DNA of 64,000 bases, taken from NCBI GenBank assembly GCA_963666345.1, contig OY762721.1:2464001-2528000 (forward strand). Direction: 5' to 3'. The first letter of the stretch is position 1. Each line of letters opens with the position of its first letter. A program made the position numbers and the translations under genes. The notes under the pieces were generated by a model. It saw only the letters and a list, made by a program, of their open reading frames with translations. It searched no databases and had not been told where the DNA came from. This DNA is from Desulfatiglandales bacterium. GTDB lineage: Bacteria > Desulfobacterota > DSM-4660 > Desulfatiglandales > Desulfatiglandaceae. Below, piece after piece: positions 1 to 10,765 of the stretch.

Positions 1-398
1 GGCGCCACCACTGCAGCGGGCGTTCCGAACCCGGAGGCGCCTTCTATGAAGCTTCCGAAGAGAAACGCGATGATAATGGCCTGGATGCGGCGGTCGGGTG
101 AGACCGAAACGAAGTAGCGATTTATGGTGGCCAGGGCCCTGCTTCCCCTCAGGGTATTGAGCAGAAGCACGGCCCCGAATACGATATAGAGAAGAGATGC
201 CGCGATAATGAGCCCCTGCACGGTGGAGGCGGCTACGTTTGCGAACGGAACCTTCCAATACCAGAGAGCAATGGCGGCGGTTACGAAAAAGGCGATCGGC
301 ATGGCCCGTAAAGCGGGCATTCTCATGACGACCAGGGCAATGAAAATAACGATGAGCGGTGCTAACGCGCATAGAGTCAACAGCAATTCACCAGACAT
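1..398 (-). CDS. lctP: L-lactate permease, N-terminal part (runs off window edge; not in ORF track)
   Basis: Manual translation from ATG at 398 (GGAG upstream): [24 protein letters not shown]...[33 protein letters not shown], containing the LctP signature F.EG..GFGTP.A. Confidence 0.9.
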   Translation of the reverse strand, partial: MSGELLLTLCALAPLIVIFIALVVMRMPALRAMPIAFFVTAAIALWYWKVPFANVAASTVQGLIIAASLLYIVFGAVLLLNTLRGSRALATINRYFVSVSPDRRIQAIIIAFLFGSFIEGASGFGTPAAVVA

Positions 399-867
399 AG
401 GTCTAAATCTCCATGTATCGGGAATGCCAGCATATGCCATGCAAACCTCGAATACATCGCACCCAAGCCTGTTATGATCGGGCCCAGCTCCTGAGGCCTG
501 CCCACTGTTATTCCCTGAAAAATTATTCGGTATTTTAATTTTGTCCAGAGCTATCCGGGTATGGCGTAAGCAGGAGAAAAATAGAAGAAGCTATCGAAAT
601 CGAGGGTTTAACGCCAATGCATAAGGATCAAGACCATATCGAACGAAGCTACTATAGGCCTTTGTATTTATTTGTCAACTCAAAAAAAGAATCGTGATTC
701 AATTACCTGTATGGAGGGATGAAAAGGCGGCTAAAGAATGAAATTTTGAATAAATTGGGCCGACAAATCAGAGAATAATCTGCCGGCCGATTCTCCAAAA
801 ACCGATGAGCCTGATAGGCGGGAGATCGGCACGCTAATTTTATCTTGGACACTTTCTCCTGACGGCA

Positions 868-1296
868 TCAGGATATCTCGACCAGTTGGATATCAAAAAT
901 CAGTGTGTGCCCGGCAAGCGGATGGTTTGCATCGAGGGTGACGTTTTGTTCATCAACGGCGCTGATTACGGCATTTATCGGGTTTCCATCCTTTCGCGTC
1001 ATCTGAAGCTGCAAACCGACGGAAGGGGTGATGTTTTCAGGAAATCCACTCTTTTTTATTTCCACCACCAATTCTTCACGCCTTGCCCCGTAGGCATGCT
1101 CAGGTGCGATCGAGATACTTTTGGAATCCCCCTGCTTCATCCCGACTACTCCGGTTTCAAACCCCGGGATCATATCGCCTTCTCCCAGCACGAACATGAG
1201 GGGATCACGGTCTTTTGAAGAGTCAAACACCTCCCCGTTTTCCAGCGTGCCGGTGTAGTGTACTTTTACGGTGTCTCCGTTTTTTGCCTGATCCAT
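868..1296 (-). CDS. FKBP-type peptidyl-prolyl isomerase (SlyD/SlpA-like, no His-rich tail)
   Basis: GDTVKVHYTGTLENGEVFDSS...MIPGFE...PEHAYG...LDANHPLAG motifs. Confidence 0.93.
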   Translation of the reverse strand: MDQAKNGDTVKVHYTGTLENGEVFDSSKDRDPLMFVLGEGDMIPGFETGVVGMKQGDSKSISIAPEHAYGARREELVVEIKKSGFPENITPSVGLQLQMTRKDGNPINAVISAVDEQNVTLDANHPLAGHTLIFDIQLVEIS

Positions 1297-1790
1297 GATG
1301 CCTCCTTTGTTGAATCGGTTTCCATCCGTAAACGGCCCTTTTGCCCAATGTCTGCGGCAATCCGCCGTCTGACGAAAAGAATTATGTGATAGAATTTATT
1401 CGACTGAAGTAAAGCCAGGCATGGGAAGGCACGTTGGGGCCCCGGTGAAAACAGCCTGTTTGGACTCGGATGTGACTCTAGACGAAATATATTTGGAGCA
1501 CCCTTTTATGTCAACAAAGGTTTTTGAGCCGTTCCTATGTCTCATCGTTAAGGCACTTCGGGCTATTATAGTATGTCTGAAATCAGATTCAGAAAAACGG
1601 GTCGTTCTTATTTCCCGGCTAATTGAAAAGCGGTTGACAGGAAAATGCTCTGGACTCTAAAATCATTTATCGCAGATATTCGATTTTAGAGAGGGATAAA
1701 TGGGAGGCGGTTAAGTAAGCCTTGGAATCGGTATTGATGCAATGAGTTCGGTGGTGGCTTTAGGTAAGAAGCGGGACTCAGGCAGGGAAA

Positions 1791-2729
1791 ATGGAAATAG
1801 AAAAATCGCCTAATTCGAAAAAAAATACGCATGATTTCAAGGTAATGTCGGCCCGGGCCGGCAGATCCGTGACACTGGTCGGGGCGCTGGTCAATTGCTT
1901 ATTGATTCTGCTCAAATTGTTGACAGGCGTATTCGGCCAGAGCCAGGCCCTTATAGCGGATGCGGTTCACTCCCTCTCAGACCTTATTACAGACGCAGTC
2001 GTTCTGTTCGGCCTGAAGGCCGGCCGAAAGGCACCTGACGAGGGACATCAATTCGGGCATGCCCGCATTGAGACCCTGGCCTCCGCAGTCGTAGGGCTGG
2101 CTCTTATATTAACGGCTTTATATCTTGGGATTGAGGCTGCCCTGAATATCTACAGAAAGACTGAATACTACCCCACTGGTCTTGCCCTGGTTGGGGCAGG
2201 TGTTTCCATAGCCCTTAAAGAGGTCCTGTATCATTACACGATACATGCCGGACGGCGGATCAAAAGCCGGCTTGTTGTGGCCAACGCGTGGCACCATCGC
2301 TCGGACGCGCTTTCCTCCGTGGCGGTCTTACTGGGTGTGGCGGGGACGCTGATCAACCCTTCCTGGCACATACTCGACTCCTTTGCCGCCCTTTTGGTGT
2401 CGTTTTTCATAGTAAAAGTCGGCGTTGATGTTCTCAGGGGCAGTCTCCGGGAATTTACAGATACCGCCCCTCCGCCGGAAATACTGGATAAGATCAGAGA
2501 CTGCGCCCGGAGTGTGGATGGGGTATTCGATATGCATGATCTCAGGGTCAGGACCTCGGGCGGTCTTTACCAGATGGAAACTCACATAGTAGTCGACGGC
2601 CGGCTGACCGTGGCTGAGGGGCATAGAATCGCAAAGGTGGTGGAGAGCTGCCTGTATGAAGAAATCGATGATCTTGACCGGGTCATAGTCCACGTGGACC
2701 CGGTAAGCGAGGATGAAAACTCCGAATAA
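1791..2729 (+). CDS. Cation diffusion facilitator (FieF-like) transporter
   Basis: SQALIADAVHSLSD, H.FGH.R.E, ANAWHHRSD, C-terminal VHVDP. Confidence 0.93.
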   Translation: MEIEKSPNSKKNTHDFKVMSARAGRSVTLVGALVNCLLILLKLLTGVFGQSQALIADAVHSLSDLITDAVVLFGLKAGRKAPDEGHQFGHARIETLASAVVGLALILTALYLGIEAALNIYRKTEYYPTGLALVGAGVSIALKEVLYHYTIHAGRRIKSRLVVANAWHHRSDALSSVAVLLGVAGTLINPSWHILDSFAALLVSFFIVKVGVDVLRGSLREFTDTAPPPEILDKIRDCARSVDGVFDMHDLRVRTSGGLYQMETHIVVDGRLTVAEGHRIAKVVESCLYEEIDDLDRVIVHVDPVSEDENSE

Positions 2730-2800
2730 AATACCCCGCCGGGGAACAGCGGGGTGTCAATCGATCCATGCCCGGCCTTCAATCATTTTGCCTGCGCAAA

Positions 2801-3201
2801 TTAGGCGGAAATAAGCTTAATAAGGGCCTCTGTACTCTTTTTGGCATCCCCAAAAATCAGGAGTGTCTGTTTTTCCCGGTATAAGGGGTTTTCCACGCCC
2901 GAATATCCCGGATTTTCATCCAGATTGAGTACCAGCACGTGTCTGGCCTGATGGGCCATGAGGATCGGCATGCCTGAGAGGGTGTGCCTTCGGTCTCAAT
3001 GGCCGCCGGGTTGACCACGTCGCATGCGCCGACTATCATTGCCGGATCGGTATCCTTGAACCGCGGGTTGATCTCATCCATCTCGATCAGTTTGTCGTAG
3101 GAGACCTCAGCCTCTGCCGAAAGCACGTTCATGTGGCCGGGCAACCATGCCGTAACCGGGTATGATGATGATACGGTTTGAAGACCTCAGAAGTTCAGCC
3201 G
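2801..3201 (-). pseudogene. Degenerate copy of the pntB 3' end (domain III fragment)
   Basis: DNA is near-identical to 21535-22034 including the stop region; has an ~110 bp internal deletion near 3144 and a 1-nt frameshift near 2980; no start. Confidence 0.92.
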
Positions 3202-3235
3202 TCCGAAAAAACAGAATAGAAAGTATACCTAAGAG

Positions 3236-4432
3236 CTAAACGTTCAAGATCCGGGGCTCAAAGCCTATTTCGGCAAAATTTTGTTTGATTTCGCTTTCAT
3301 ATATGGGGTTCATGACAAGAACAAAATCGGGTCTATAGCGGGTAAGAAAAGTGGGTGGAACAATCCTCTGTCCTGTTCCTGCAATATACATATCCTGCTT
3401 GCGGGGATTAATATCAACCACATACTCGATCTGGTCCCGTACTTTGAGCGTGTTTAATAACGAAACCCCCTTGGATCCTGCTCCCCATATCACCGCCCTT
3501 TGACCTTTATTCGCGATTCGCCCGAGTCTGTCTTGGCATGCCTTAACCCTGCCGGCATATTTTTCCGGAAAAGCCTCTATCTCGCGGGCAATTATATCAG
3601 GGGCCTCCGGCTTGTCCCGGTTAAGATCCGCCCGGCTTTCAGATGGAAATGCCTCAATGGAGAGAAACTGACCTCCAAAGTCCTCGGCGGTTTTGCGGAC
3701 TGAAAAACCGGATTCCAGGAATGCGCGTTTAAGGGAACATCTGCTGAAATATGAGCAGTGTTCATATATGATGTCCCACACGGAGAGATCTTTCAGGATG
3801 AAGAGGCTGTTCGGAACCTCGAAGAATACCTTAATAGAAAGCCTGTTGCCGATTGTTCGACGGATTGTGGCAAGAAAATCCAACGGTTCGTGAATATGTT
3901 CCAGGACCTGTCGGCAGCAAATAAGGTCCGCGTTGTGCCGGGCATATTTTTTCGAATAGAAATCCCGAATAAAAGTGATTTTCTCTGCGGTTTTGTCGAG
4001 GTTCGGCTTCCCTTCGAGGCTCCGGTCAAAACCGGTGCCGCGGTTTGAACCTGATTCGCATAAAAGGGTCAGGAATTCTCCGTTCCCACAGCCTATTTCA
4101 ATAATGTCCTTGTCGCGCAGGTCATAGGTCTCAATCAGTCTGGAAGCCAGGGAAACGGCATATTTTTGAAAACGCGGGGAAAAGTGAAGCGAGTTTTCAT
4201 AATCCCGGGTATATTTCATAAGGGCAGGATCGAATAGAGTATTGAATATGTGCCCGCATTCTCCGCAGAAACCCAGGCGGATATCCCCCCTGGGCGCGTT
4301 AAGGGCCTCATCGCGCGTCGGCCAGAGCAGATTGCAGTGACAGGGCATACGGGATATCTCAATGAAGGCGGTAACATCGGATGAATTGCAGACCGGGCAG
4401 GTGTTTTGAGAATCACGCATGCTGCTTATCAT
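3236..4432 (-). CDS. SAM-dependent NDP-sugar C-methyltransferase family protein (1)
   Basis: N-terminal CPVC and C..C Zn motifs, IIEIGCGNG, VLEH, YEHCSYFS, C-terminal WGAGSKG...VVDINP.KQ; start chosen at MISSM. Confidence 0.85.
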   Translation of the reverse strand: MISSMRDSQNTCPVCNSSDVTAFIEISRMPCHCNLLWPTRDEALNAPRGDIRLGFCGECGHIFNTLFDPALMKYTRDYENSLHFSPRFQKYAVSLASRLIETYDLRDKDIIEIGCGNGEFLTLLCESGSNRGTGFDRSLEGKPNLDKTAEKITFIRDFYSKKYARHNADLICCRQVLEHIHEPLDFLATIRRTIGNRLSIKVFFEVPNSLFILKDLSVWDIIYEHCSYFSRCSLKRAFLESGFSVRKTAEDFGGQFLSIEAFPSESRADLNRDKPEAPDIIAREIEAFPEKYAGRVKACQDRLGRIANKGQRAVIWGAGSKGVSLLNTLKVRDQIEYVVDINPRKQDMYIAGTGQRIVPPTFLTRYRPDFVLVMNPIYESEIKQNFAEIGFEPRILNV

Positions 4433-4463
4433 TTGATTTTTATCCTCTTGACGGCCTTCACGG

Positions 4464-5666
4464 TCAGGCCGTGATGAGTTCAGGGTCCAGACCCATTCCG
4501 ATAAGGTTCTTCCGGATTTCTTCAAGGTAAACCGGGTTCATAACAATAACAAGGTCCGGTTTATATTTCGGCAGGAAGTCAGGCGTCACGATCTTATGCC
4601 CTGTTCCCGCCGTATATGTGCCGTTTTTATGTGGATTAATATCAACCACATATTGAATTTCCTCATGAATATTGAGGGTTGTCAGAAATGCAACGCCCTT
4701 TGATCCACCTCCCCAGATAACCGATCTCTTACCCTGTTTTTTCATTTGCCTCAATTTTAAATTCCAAACATCAATCTTTTTCAAACAGTTTTCTGAGAAA
4801 CACTCCACATCGTGTTTCATTTCCTCCAAATCGTTTTCCAGCACCGGGGCGGGTGTCTTGATTTCTCTGCCCGGCCTGGCCGCGATCATAAGATATTGAT
4901 CATCATAGTTTCTCCAGAGATCAATTATATCGAAACCACATCTTTCAAAAAGGCGGCGCAGAGAAGCCGTGCTGAAGTAGGAACAGTGCTCATAGTAGAT
5001 ATCCCAGAATGCCGCTTCCCTGAGAATACGGACCGCATCGGGAACCTGGAAAAAGACCAGTCCGTCGGGGTGTCCGCCCAGAGGATGTCGCGCTAGCCTG
5101 AGAAAATCGGCCGTGTTCCTGATATGCTCAAGCGTCATCTTGCAGCAGATAAAATCAGCCCTGTACCCGGCATATTTTTCACTGTAAAAGTCTTTTATGA
5201 AAGCGGTTCGCTCCGAGTCTTTGCCGGGACTCCGGCCGTATACGTAGGCGGGATCAAAACCTATGCCACGATTTTTCCCCAGCTCGCAGAGCAGAGTAAG
5301 AAAGTCACCTTTTCCGCAGCCGATTTCAATAATGTCTTTGTCGTGAAGCCCGAAACGTTCAATCAGACGCAGGGCCAGGTTCAGGTGAAAGCTGTTAAAT
5401 GTGGAAGAGAATGCCTGGTTCTCTTCATAACTTGACGAATACTTTTGTGTGCCTGTGTCAAACGCCACGTTGGAGATAAAGCCGCAGCTTCCACAGAATC
5501 CCAGTTTGATATCACCCCTGGCACAGGCTAAGGCAGCTTCTCGTGTATGCAGGAGCATTACACTGTGCACCGGTACGGCCTTTATCTCGTAAAAGACCGA
5601 CATGCCAGGCGAACCGCAGTTGGGGCATGTGTAATTTGTTGAGACTGTCGAAATGATGTCAGCCAT
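4464..5666 (-). CDS. SAM-dependent NDP-sugar C-methyltransferase family protein (2)
   Basis: CPNC/CGSC, IIEIGCGKG, TLEH, YEHCSYFS, WGGGSKG; paralog of the adjacent gene. Confidence 0.85.
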   Translation of the reverse strand: MADIISTVSTNYTCPNCGSPGMSVFYEIKAVPVHSVMLLHTREAALACARGDIKLGFCGSCGFISNVAFDTGTQKYSSSYEENQAFSSTFNSFHLNLALRLIERFGLHDKDIIEIGCGKGDFLTLLCELGKNRGIGFDPAYVYGRSPGKDSERTAFIKDFYSEKYAGYRADFICCKMTLEHIRNTADFLRLARHPLGGHPDGLVFFQVPDAVRILREAAFWDIYYEHCSYFSTASLRRLFERCGFDIIDLWRNYDDQYLMIAARPGREIKTPAPVLENDLEEMKHDVECFSENCLKKIDVWNLKLRQMKKQGKRSVIWGGGSKGVAFLTTLNIHEEIQYVVDINPHKNGTYTAGTGHKIVTPDFLPKYKPDLVIVMNPVYLEEIRKNLIGMGLDPELITA

Positions 5667-5669
5667 ATC

Positions 5670-6809
5670 TTATTCCGGTTTCAAAGGCGATTCTTTTTCT
5701 ATAGGCAAAACGGTCACATTCCCGAAGGTCATATCCACATGGTGAGCTACCAGCAGAAAAGAACCCTGGGCAGGATTGGGATTTCCGGCCAGTTTCCGGA
5801 GCATCCAGCCTTTGGGTTCAGCCTCTGAAACATCTTGCCAGAGCTTAAGCCGGTAAAGATTACCGGTGCGGATTGTCTCAACACGCACTTTGAACCAGTA
5901 GGTCCTTTCCGTGTCAAGCAGAAGATCAATGATCTCAGTGGATGTAGAAGGCGGGCTGGTGATGATACGAAGGCCGTTGTCTCTGTTTCGTCTGAACTTG
6001 TACCAGTTTGATCCTCCGATGGGCTCCCAGCCGCAGTGCGGCTGGGAGCAGGTCACTGGTGAATCGGTATGTCCCAACCAGTGCAGGTTTATACCGAAAC
6101 TGGGACCAATGCTTATGGACGATTCATAAGCGGAGGTATCAACGGCATGAATGACAAAAGGTACTGTAACCTCGTAATCTTCCCAGTTCATATCACCGAT
6201 GGCAATTGCCCGGTCATACCCTACATGTTGCGGATGAGTTCTAATACCATTGCCGTCAGCAATCCAAAGCCCATCCAAGATCTGTATGGCCTCCTGTATG
6301 TTGGCGACATGACTCCATTCAATGCGGTACGGCAGGGGCCGGTAATTTTCCCTGTACTCAATCAGAACTGTGAAAACGGCCTGGTTCCTGATTTTATCAG
6401 TTGCCTTGATAAACACCTCATTCAGCCCGCTTTTTAATTCGTCCTTATCTATTTCGATGTTGAAATCACCGGGGGCAATCAGGCGGCGACGATCAGGGCC
6501 TATTGTGAGGCTGTTTTCCTTTCCGCCGTTGAGGGAAAATTTCAGGTTCTCGATGCCGTCCGGATCCGAGACGTTGCCAAGAATATTTATCCATCGTTGC
6601 GGCACACCCGATCTGCCAAAAACCTGGTGGGACCCGTACCAGATATTTAATACCGGATCAGAATTTTTCAAATGTGATGAAAGATCGGTAACGGGATCGC
6701 CTTTCATCGTGCCCGCGCAGGCTGCTGCCGGGAATAGGAGACGAAACAATATGACAAAAGCCGCAGCCAATATCACATAAATTACTATATGCCTTTTTAG
6801 AAATGCCAT
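5670..6809 (-). CDS. Secreted or membrane-anchored hypothetical protein, beta-rich (Ig-like plus lectin-like inferred)
   Basis: Hydrophobic N-terminus, Trp-rich beta-strand pattern, embedded in the operon. Confidence 0.65.
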   Translation of the reverse strand: MAFLKRHIVIYVILAAAFVILFRLLFPAAACAGTMKGDPVTDLSSHLKNSDPVLNIWYGSHQVFGRSGVPQRWINILGNVSDPDGIENLKFSLNGGKENSLTIGPDRRRLIAPGDFNIEIDKDELKSGLNEVFIKATDKIRNQAVFTVLIEYRENYRPLPYRIEWSHVANIQEAIQILDGLWIADGNGIRTHPQHVGYDRAIAIGDMNWEDYEVTVPFVIHAVDTSAYESSISIGPSFGINLHWLGHTDSPVTCSQPHCGWEPIGGSNWYKFRRNRDNGLRIITSPPSTSTEIIDLLLDTERTYWFKVRVETIRTGNLYRLKLWQDVSEAEPKGWMLRKLAGNPNPAQGSFLLVAHHVDMTFGNVTVLPIEKESPLKPE

Positions 6810-7669
6810 GATTCACCATATCCGAGCGCCTCCAGAAGATCTCCGGTCTTCCGCCTGAAATAGTTCTCAATAGAACTGTCGAAGTAATTTTTCCAGTCTC
6901 CTGATATACCTTTACGGTAGTGGGAGTGTTGATCTTCAACACCCTGTTTGCGTAGCCCTGAATGTTTCTCAAACCTATGCCTGCCGTACAGGGACAGGAG
7001 CTTATCTTCAGGCATCAGAATATTCAGATAATCGAAGAGCTGTTTCAAAAAGGCAAGATTGTCACGGGACAGATCCTCATATCGAAAGATCCTGATTTTT
7101 TCTGTGTCTTTATCAGCATTGATCCATGACCTTTGCGCTTCAAATGATCCCCACTCATCCAGCCTGTCAATCATGTATTTCATGCCCTCATGAAAATTCA
7201 TTTTCTGCAGGTCTTTCCTAAGATCCGGGATAGGGTCTATCGGTACGTGAGAGAATCTCGCGGAGAAATACCAGGAAACAATGATATCGCGCGGGTCCCT
7301 TAAAATGAAGAATGTTTTATATGCCGATGGTTTCGGGATAGTAAGGTAAGCGGAATAGCCGATGTAGAGATGAACTCCGATTGTCCTTGAGGGCAAAGGT
7401 CCGGAAAAAGAGGCGTAATTTAACCCCAACTGAACGTAGGGCAATACATTGAGACCCGTGTATTTGAGTACTGTCGGGTCACTTAATATGGCACGAAGCC
7501 ATTGACTGGCTGTTTTCTGTGTGCAGCAGTGATAGATATTTTCATAGGGTGATTTTCTTAACACCTTGACGCAATTTGATCGAAAGCGTCTGCACATCTC
7601 ATATAGGCGTATTGCCCCTTTGATGCCTCCAAGTTTGCGTCTGAGTCTGATTGCGACAGAGGTAAACAT
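6797..7669 (-). CDS. PAPS-dependent sulfotransferase
   Basis: 5'-PSB QKTASQWL, 3'-PB RDPRDIIVSWY, RYEDL, C-terminal RKGISGDWKNYF. Confidence 0.9.
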   Translation of the reverse strand: MFTSVAIRLRRKLGGIKGAIRLYEMCRRFRSNCVKVLRKSPYENIYHCCTQKTASQWLRAILSDPTVLKYTGLNVLPYVQLGLNYASFSGPLPSRTIGVHLYIGYSAYLTIPKPSAYKTFFILRDPRDIIVSWYFSARFSHVPIDPIPDLRKDLQKMNFHEGMKYMIDRLDEWGSFEAQRSWINADKDTEKIRIFRYEDLSRDNLAFLKQLFDYLNILMPEDKLLSLYGRHRFEKHSGLRKQGVEDQHSHYRKGISGDWKNYFDSSIENYFRRKTGDLLEALGYGESWHF

Positions 7670-7681
7670 ATGAATCCGCTC

Positions 7682-8914
7682 CTAAACAATCCTGGGCTGA
7701 GGGAGAGGTATGATAAATTTTCCACCCTGTTTCCGGTATTCGGATTGCTCCCGCAGGATCTCTTTCTCAAAATTCCAGGCTAGAAGCAAAACGAAGTCGG
7801 GCATCTTATCTTTCAGCCTTGCAGGCGGAAATATGGGCAGATGATTGCCTCCCATGTAAAGGCCGTGCTTGACGGAGTTCAGGTCAACCACATAATCTAT
7901 CATATCCCTGTCAATTCCTATGTAGCTCAACAGGGTGGTTGCCTTGGCTGCGGCCCCGTAAGCCGCTATGCTCCTGCCTTCCTGTTTCAGACCCCGTAAG
8001 AGTTCCATCAGGGAATCGCGTGTATTGCGGACTCGTTCAGCAAAAGCAAAATAATAAGGCATCCTGTCTATCTGTTTGTCTTTTTCGATTTTTTTCAGCA
8101 GGCGGACGGTTTCACTGACATCCTTCCTGTGTCTCACGTAAAGGCGCAATGAACCGCCATGTATGGAGAGCTGTTTTATGTCGTTTAAAAAGAGATGGTG
8201 CCTTTCAAACAGACGGTCCAGCGCGGTAACGGAAAAATAGCAGAGATGCTGATGGTAAATCGTGTCAAATTCGCATTTTTCCATCAGATCAACTACGTAG
8301 GGCACTTCAATTACCGCGATTCCCGTTTTTTTAAGGATATTCCGAATGCCTTCCACAAAGCCGTTAAGATCCGGGACATGGGCCAGGACGTTGTTGGCGA
8401 TGACAATATCCGCGCGATACCCCTTCTCCCGGAGATTTTTAGAAAATTCTTTGTCAAAAAATCTGCAAAAGGTCTTGATTCCCTTTTCCCGTGCCGCCTC
8501 AGAAGGCCCTCCAGCTGGATCAATACCAAGAACGGGTATGCCCCTGTCCGCAAAATTCTTCAGCATATACCCGTCATTGCTGGCTATTTCGATAACCAGG
8601 CTTTCAGTGTTAAGTTTTTCTGACTTGATCAGGTCCTCCGCGTTTTCTTTTGAATGTTGAAGAAGCGTATTAGAGACGGAAGAGAAATAAGGGTATTTTT
8701 CATCAAAGAGAATTTCCGGGGGCACTGTTTCGGTAATCTGTACCAGTGTGCACGCGGGGCAGAAAACCAGATCCAGGGGAGCGGTAAGTTCGGGTTTGTT
8801 TAATTGTTCCGATGTGAGCAGCCGGTCGGCCAGAGGTGTGCGGCCAAAGGAGATGATTGATTTAAGGCCGGTAAGTCCGCATGAGCGGCAGGTTAGGTCG
8901 GATACGATCGGCAT
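7682..8914 (-). CDS. NDP-hexose 3-C-methyltransferase family protein (3)
   Basis: [57 protein letters not shown]; start chosen at MPIVS. Confidence 0.9.
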   Translation of the reverse strand: MPIVSDLTCRSCGLTGLKSIISFGRTPLADRLLTSEQLNKPELTAPLDLVFCPACTLVQITETVPPEILFDEKYPYFSSVSNTLLQHSKENAEDLIKSEKLNTESLVIEIASNDGYMLKNFADRGIPVLGIDPAGGPSEAAREKGIKTFCRFFDKEFSKNLREKGYRADIVIANNVLAHVPDLNGFVEGIRNILKKTGIAVIEVPYVVDLMEKCEFDTIYHQHLCYFSVTALDRLFERHHLFLNDIKQLSIHGGSLRLYVRHRKDVSETVRLLKKIEKDKQIDRMPYYFAFAERVRNTRDSLMELLRGLKQEGRSIAAYGAAAKATTLLSYIGIDRDMIDYVVDLNSVKHGLYMGGNHLPIFPPARLKDKMPDFVLLLAWNFEKEILREQSEYRKQGGKFIIPLPQPRIV

Positions 8915-8933
8915 ATATTTTTCAGGGTTACCT

Positions 8934-9980
8934 CTAACTCTTGAGAGGCCTTCCCTGTCCTTTCCAGCGCAGAGTGCTGTCCAGAAGGCCTTCATTCAGA
9001 AGCTTCTTGACATGATCAATGCGCTTGTATCGCGGTCCCTCGAAATCTTCCAGACGAATAGATGTTTTCTTATAAGCTTCGTATAGTTGTCTGGCCCCCC
9101 GGCGGGCGTTCCACCTGGGCTTGAATTCGGGAACGAGCGTTGCGAGTTTGCCGCAATCAACTCTATAGCACCTTTTGTCAGGGCCGGCGTCTCCGGCATA
9201 TTCTATCCGGCAGTCAGGTACGGTTTTTTTCACTATCTCGGCCAGTTCTATGATCTGATAGTTCTCCCCTGTATCACCCACATTAATGGCCTGATTGTGA
9301 ACCGTTTCCCGCCGTGCTTTAAGCACTGCCGCAAAGGCGTTTGATATGTCTTCCACATGCACGATCGGACGCCAGGGAGTGCCGTCGCTTTTCAGGTGCA
9401 CATTGCCGGTGGTAAATGCCCAGGCCACCAGATTGTTGAGCACGAGGTCAAAACGTAAATTCGGTGATACGCCGTAAGCGGTGCCGCTTCTAAGAAAGGT
9501 GGGGCTGAAACGGGAGTCGGCCAGCCTTGATATGTCCTGCTCAACCAGTACCTTTGAGCGGGCATAGGGCGTTACCGGACAAAGATCCGTCTCCTCATTC
9601 AGGAATTCATTCCCGGCCGCTCCATAGTTGCTGCAAGAAGATGAAAAAAGGAACCGCTTGACCCCGACTTTTTTTGCCATCCCGGCCAGGCGGACAGCGG
9701 CATGGTAATTGATTTCATAGGTCAATGTCGGATTCAGATTCCCCAGGGGATCATTTGATAAACCTGCCAGATGTACTACCGCTTCAAATCCCTCCAGATC
9801 AGAGGCCTGGATGTCCCGAATGTCTTTTTTTACGTAAGGGATTTCACGGCCGGGTCTTCCAAAGGTGCATTCCTCAAACAGATTACTGTCCAGGCCCTTT
9901 ACCGTATGGCCCTCTTCTAGAAGGATCGGGACCAGAACTGTTCCTATATAACCTTTGTGGCCGGTTACCAGTATGCGCAT
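8934..9980 (-). CDS. NAD-dependent sugar epimerase/dehydratase (extended SDR)
   Basis: [35 protein letters not shown]; true start at 9980. Confidence 0.9.
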   Translation of the reverse strand: MRILVTGHKGYIGTVLVPILLEEGHTVKGLDSNLFEECTFGRPGREIPYVKKDIRDIQASDLEGFEAVVHLAGLSNDPLGNLNPTLTYEINYHAAVRLAGMAKKVGVKRFLFSSSCSNYGAAGNEFLNEETDLCPVTPYARSKVLVEQDISRLADSRFSPTFLRSGTAYGVSPNLRFDLVLNNLVAWAFTTGNVHLKSDGTPWRPIVHVEDISNAFAAVLKARRETVHNQAINVGDTGENYQIIELAEIVKKTVPDCRIEYAGDAGPDKRCYRVDCGKLATLVPEFKPRWNARRGARQLYEAYKKTSIRLEDFEGPRYKRIDHVKKLLNEGLLDSTLRWKGQGRPLKS

Positions 9981-9984
9981 GCGG

Positions 9985-10752
9985 TTACTCCCAGGTTTTC
10001 CATGGTGCATTGCCACTTTGCCAGAGTTCTTCCAATAAATACCTGTCGTGGACTGTGTCCATGCATTGCCAGAAACCGGTGTGACGGTATGCCATGAGTT
10101 GTCCTTCTTCGGCCAGCCTTTCCAGCGGCTCTCTCTCCCACTGGGTGTCATCACCACTAATATAGTCAAGCACCAGCGGCTCCAGCACAAAAAAAGCGCC
10201 GTTGATCCAGATATCTTTTAAAAGGGGTTTTTCAGAAAATTTCAGGACTCGATCCCCGTCCAGTTTGACATGGCCGAACCGCTCCGGCGGATGCACCGCG
10301 GTCAGAGTCGCTGCTTTACCGTGAGAACGATGGAAGGCCAGCAGTTCGTTCAGGTTGACATCGGAAAGGCCGTCGCACCAGGTCAGCATAAAGGTCTCGT
10401 TATCCAGATAGGGCTCCAGTCGTTTGATTCGACCGCCGGTCTGGGTTGAGATACCCGTGTCCACCGGTTCGGCACTGCAACCGGGAAGGCTGGTCGCTTG
10501 CGTTTTTTTATCACCGGGCTGTATATCGTCTGAAAGATATGTATCCTTAGAGCAGTAGTCCATATACGTCTTTATCATGCCGCCTTTGTATCCCAGCGCG
10601 ATTACAAAGTCCTTGAAACCGGAATTTGAGTAGTGCTTAAGTATATGCCATATGATGGGCAGCCCTCCGATTTCAACCATGGCCTTGGGCCTATCTTTAG
10701 TCTCTTCGGAGATACGCTTTCCGCGGCCTCCCGCGAGGATGGCTACTTTCAC
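9985..10752 (-). CDS. rfbF: Glucose-1-phosphate cytidylyltransferase
   Basis: AILAGG.G.RISEET..RPK.MVEIG, TQTGGRIKRL, WINGAFFV, GFWQCMDT..D...LEELW..G.APWK. Confidence 0.85.
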   Translation of the reverse strand: MKVAILAGGRGKRISEETKDRPKAMVEIGGLPIIWHILKHYSNSGFKDFVIALGYKGGMIKTYMDYCSKDTYLSDDIQPGDKKTQATSLPGCSAEPVDTGISTQTGGRIKRLEPYLDNETFMLTWCDGLSDVNLNELLAFHRSHGKAATLTAVHPPERFGHVKLDGDRVLKFSEKPLLKDIWINGAFFVLEPLVLDYISGDDTQWEREPLERLAEEGQLMAYRHTGFWQCMDTVHDRYLLEELWQSGNAPWKTWE

Positions 10753-10765
10753 TTTTTTCTCCTAA

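Noticed and set aside
208..477. 89-aa plus-strand ORF
   Set aside because: Antisense shadow of the lactate permease
2857..3144. 95-aa ORF as a functional PntB-like protein
   Set aside because: Frameshifted, internally deleted fragment with no proper start
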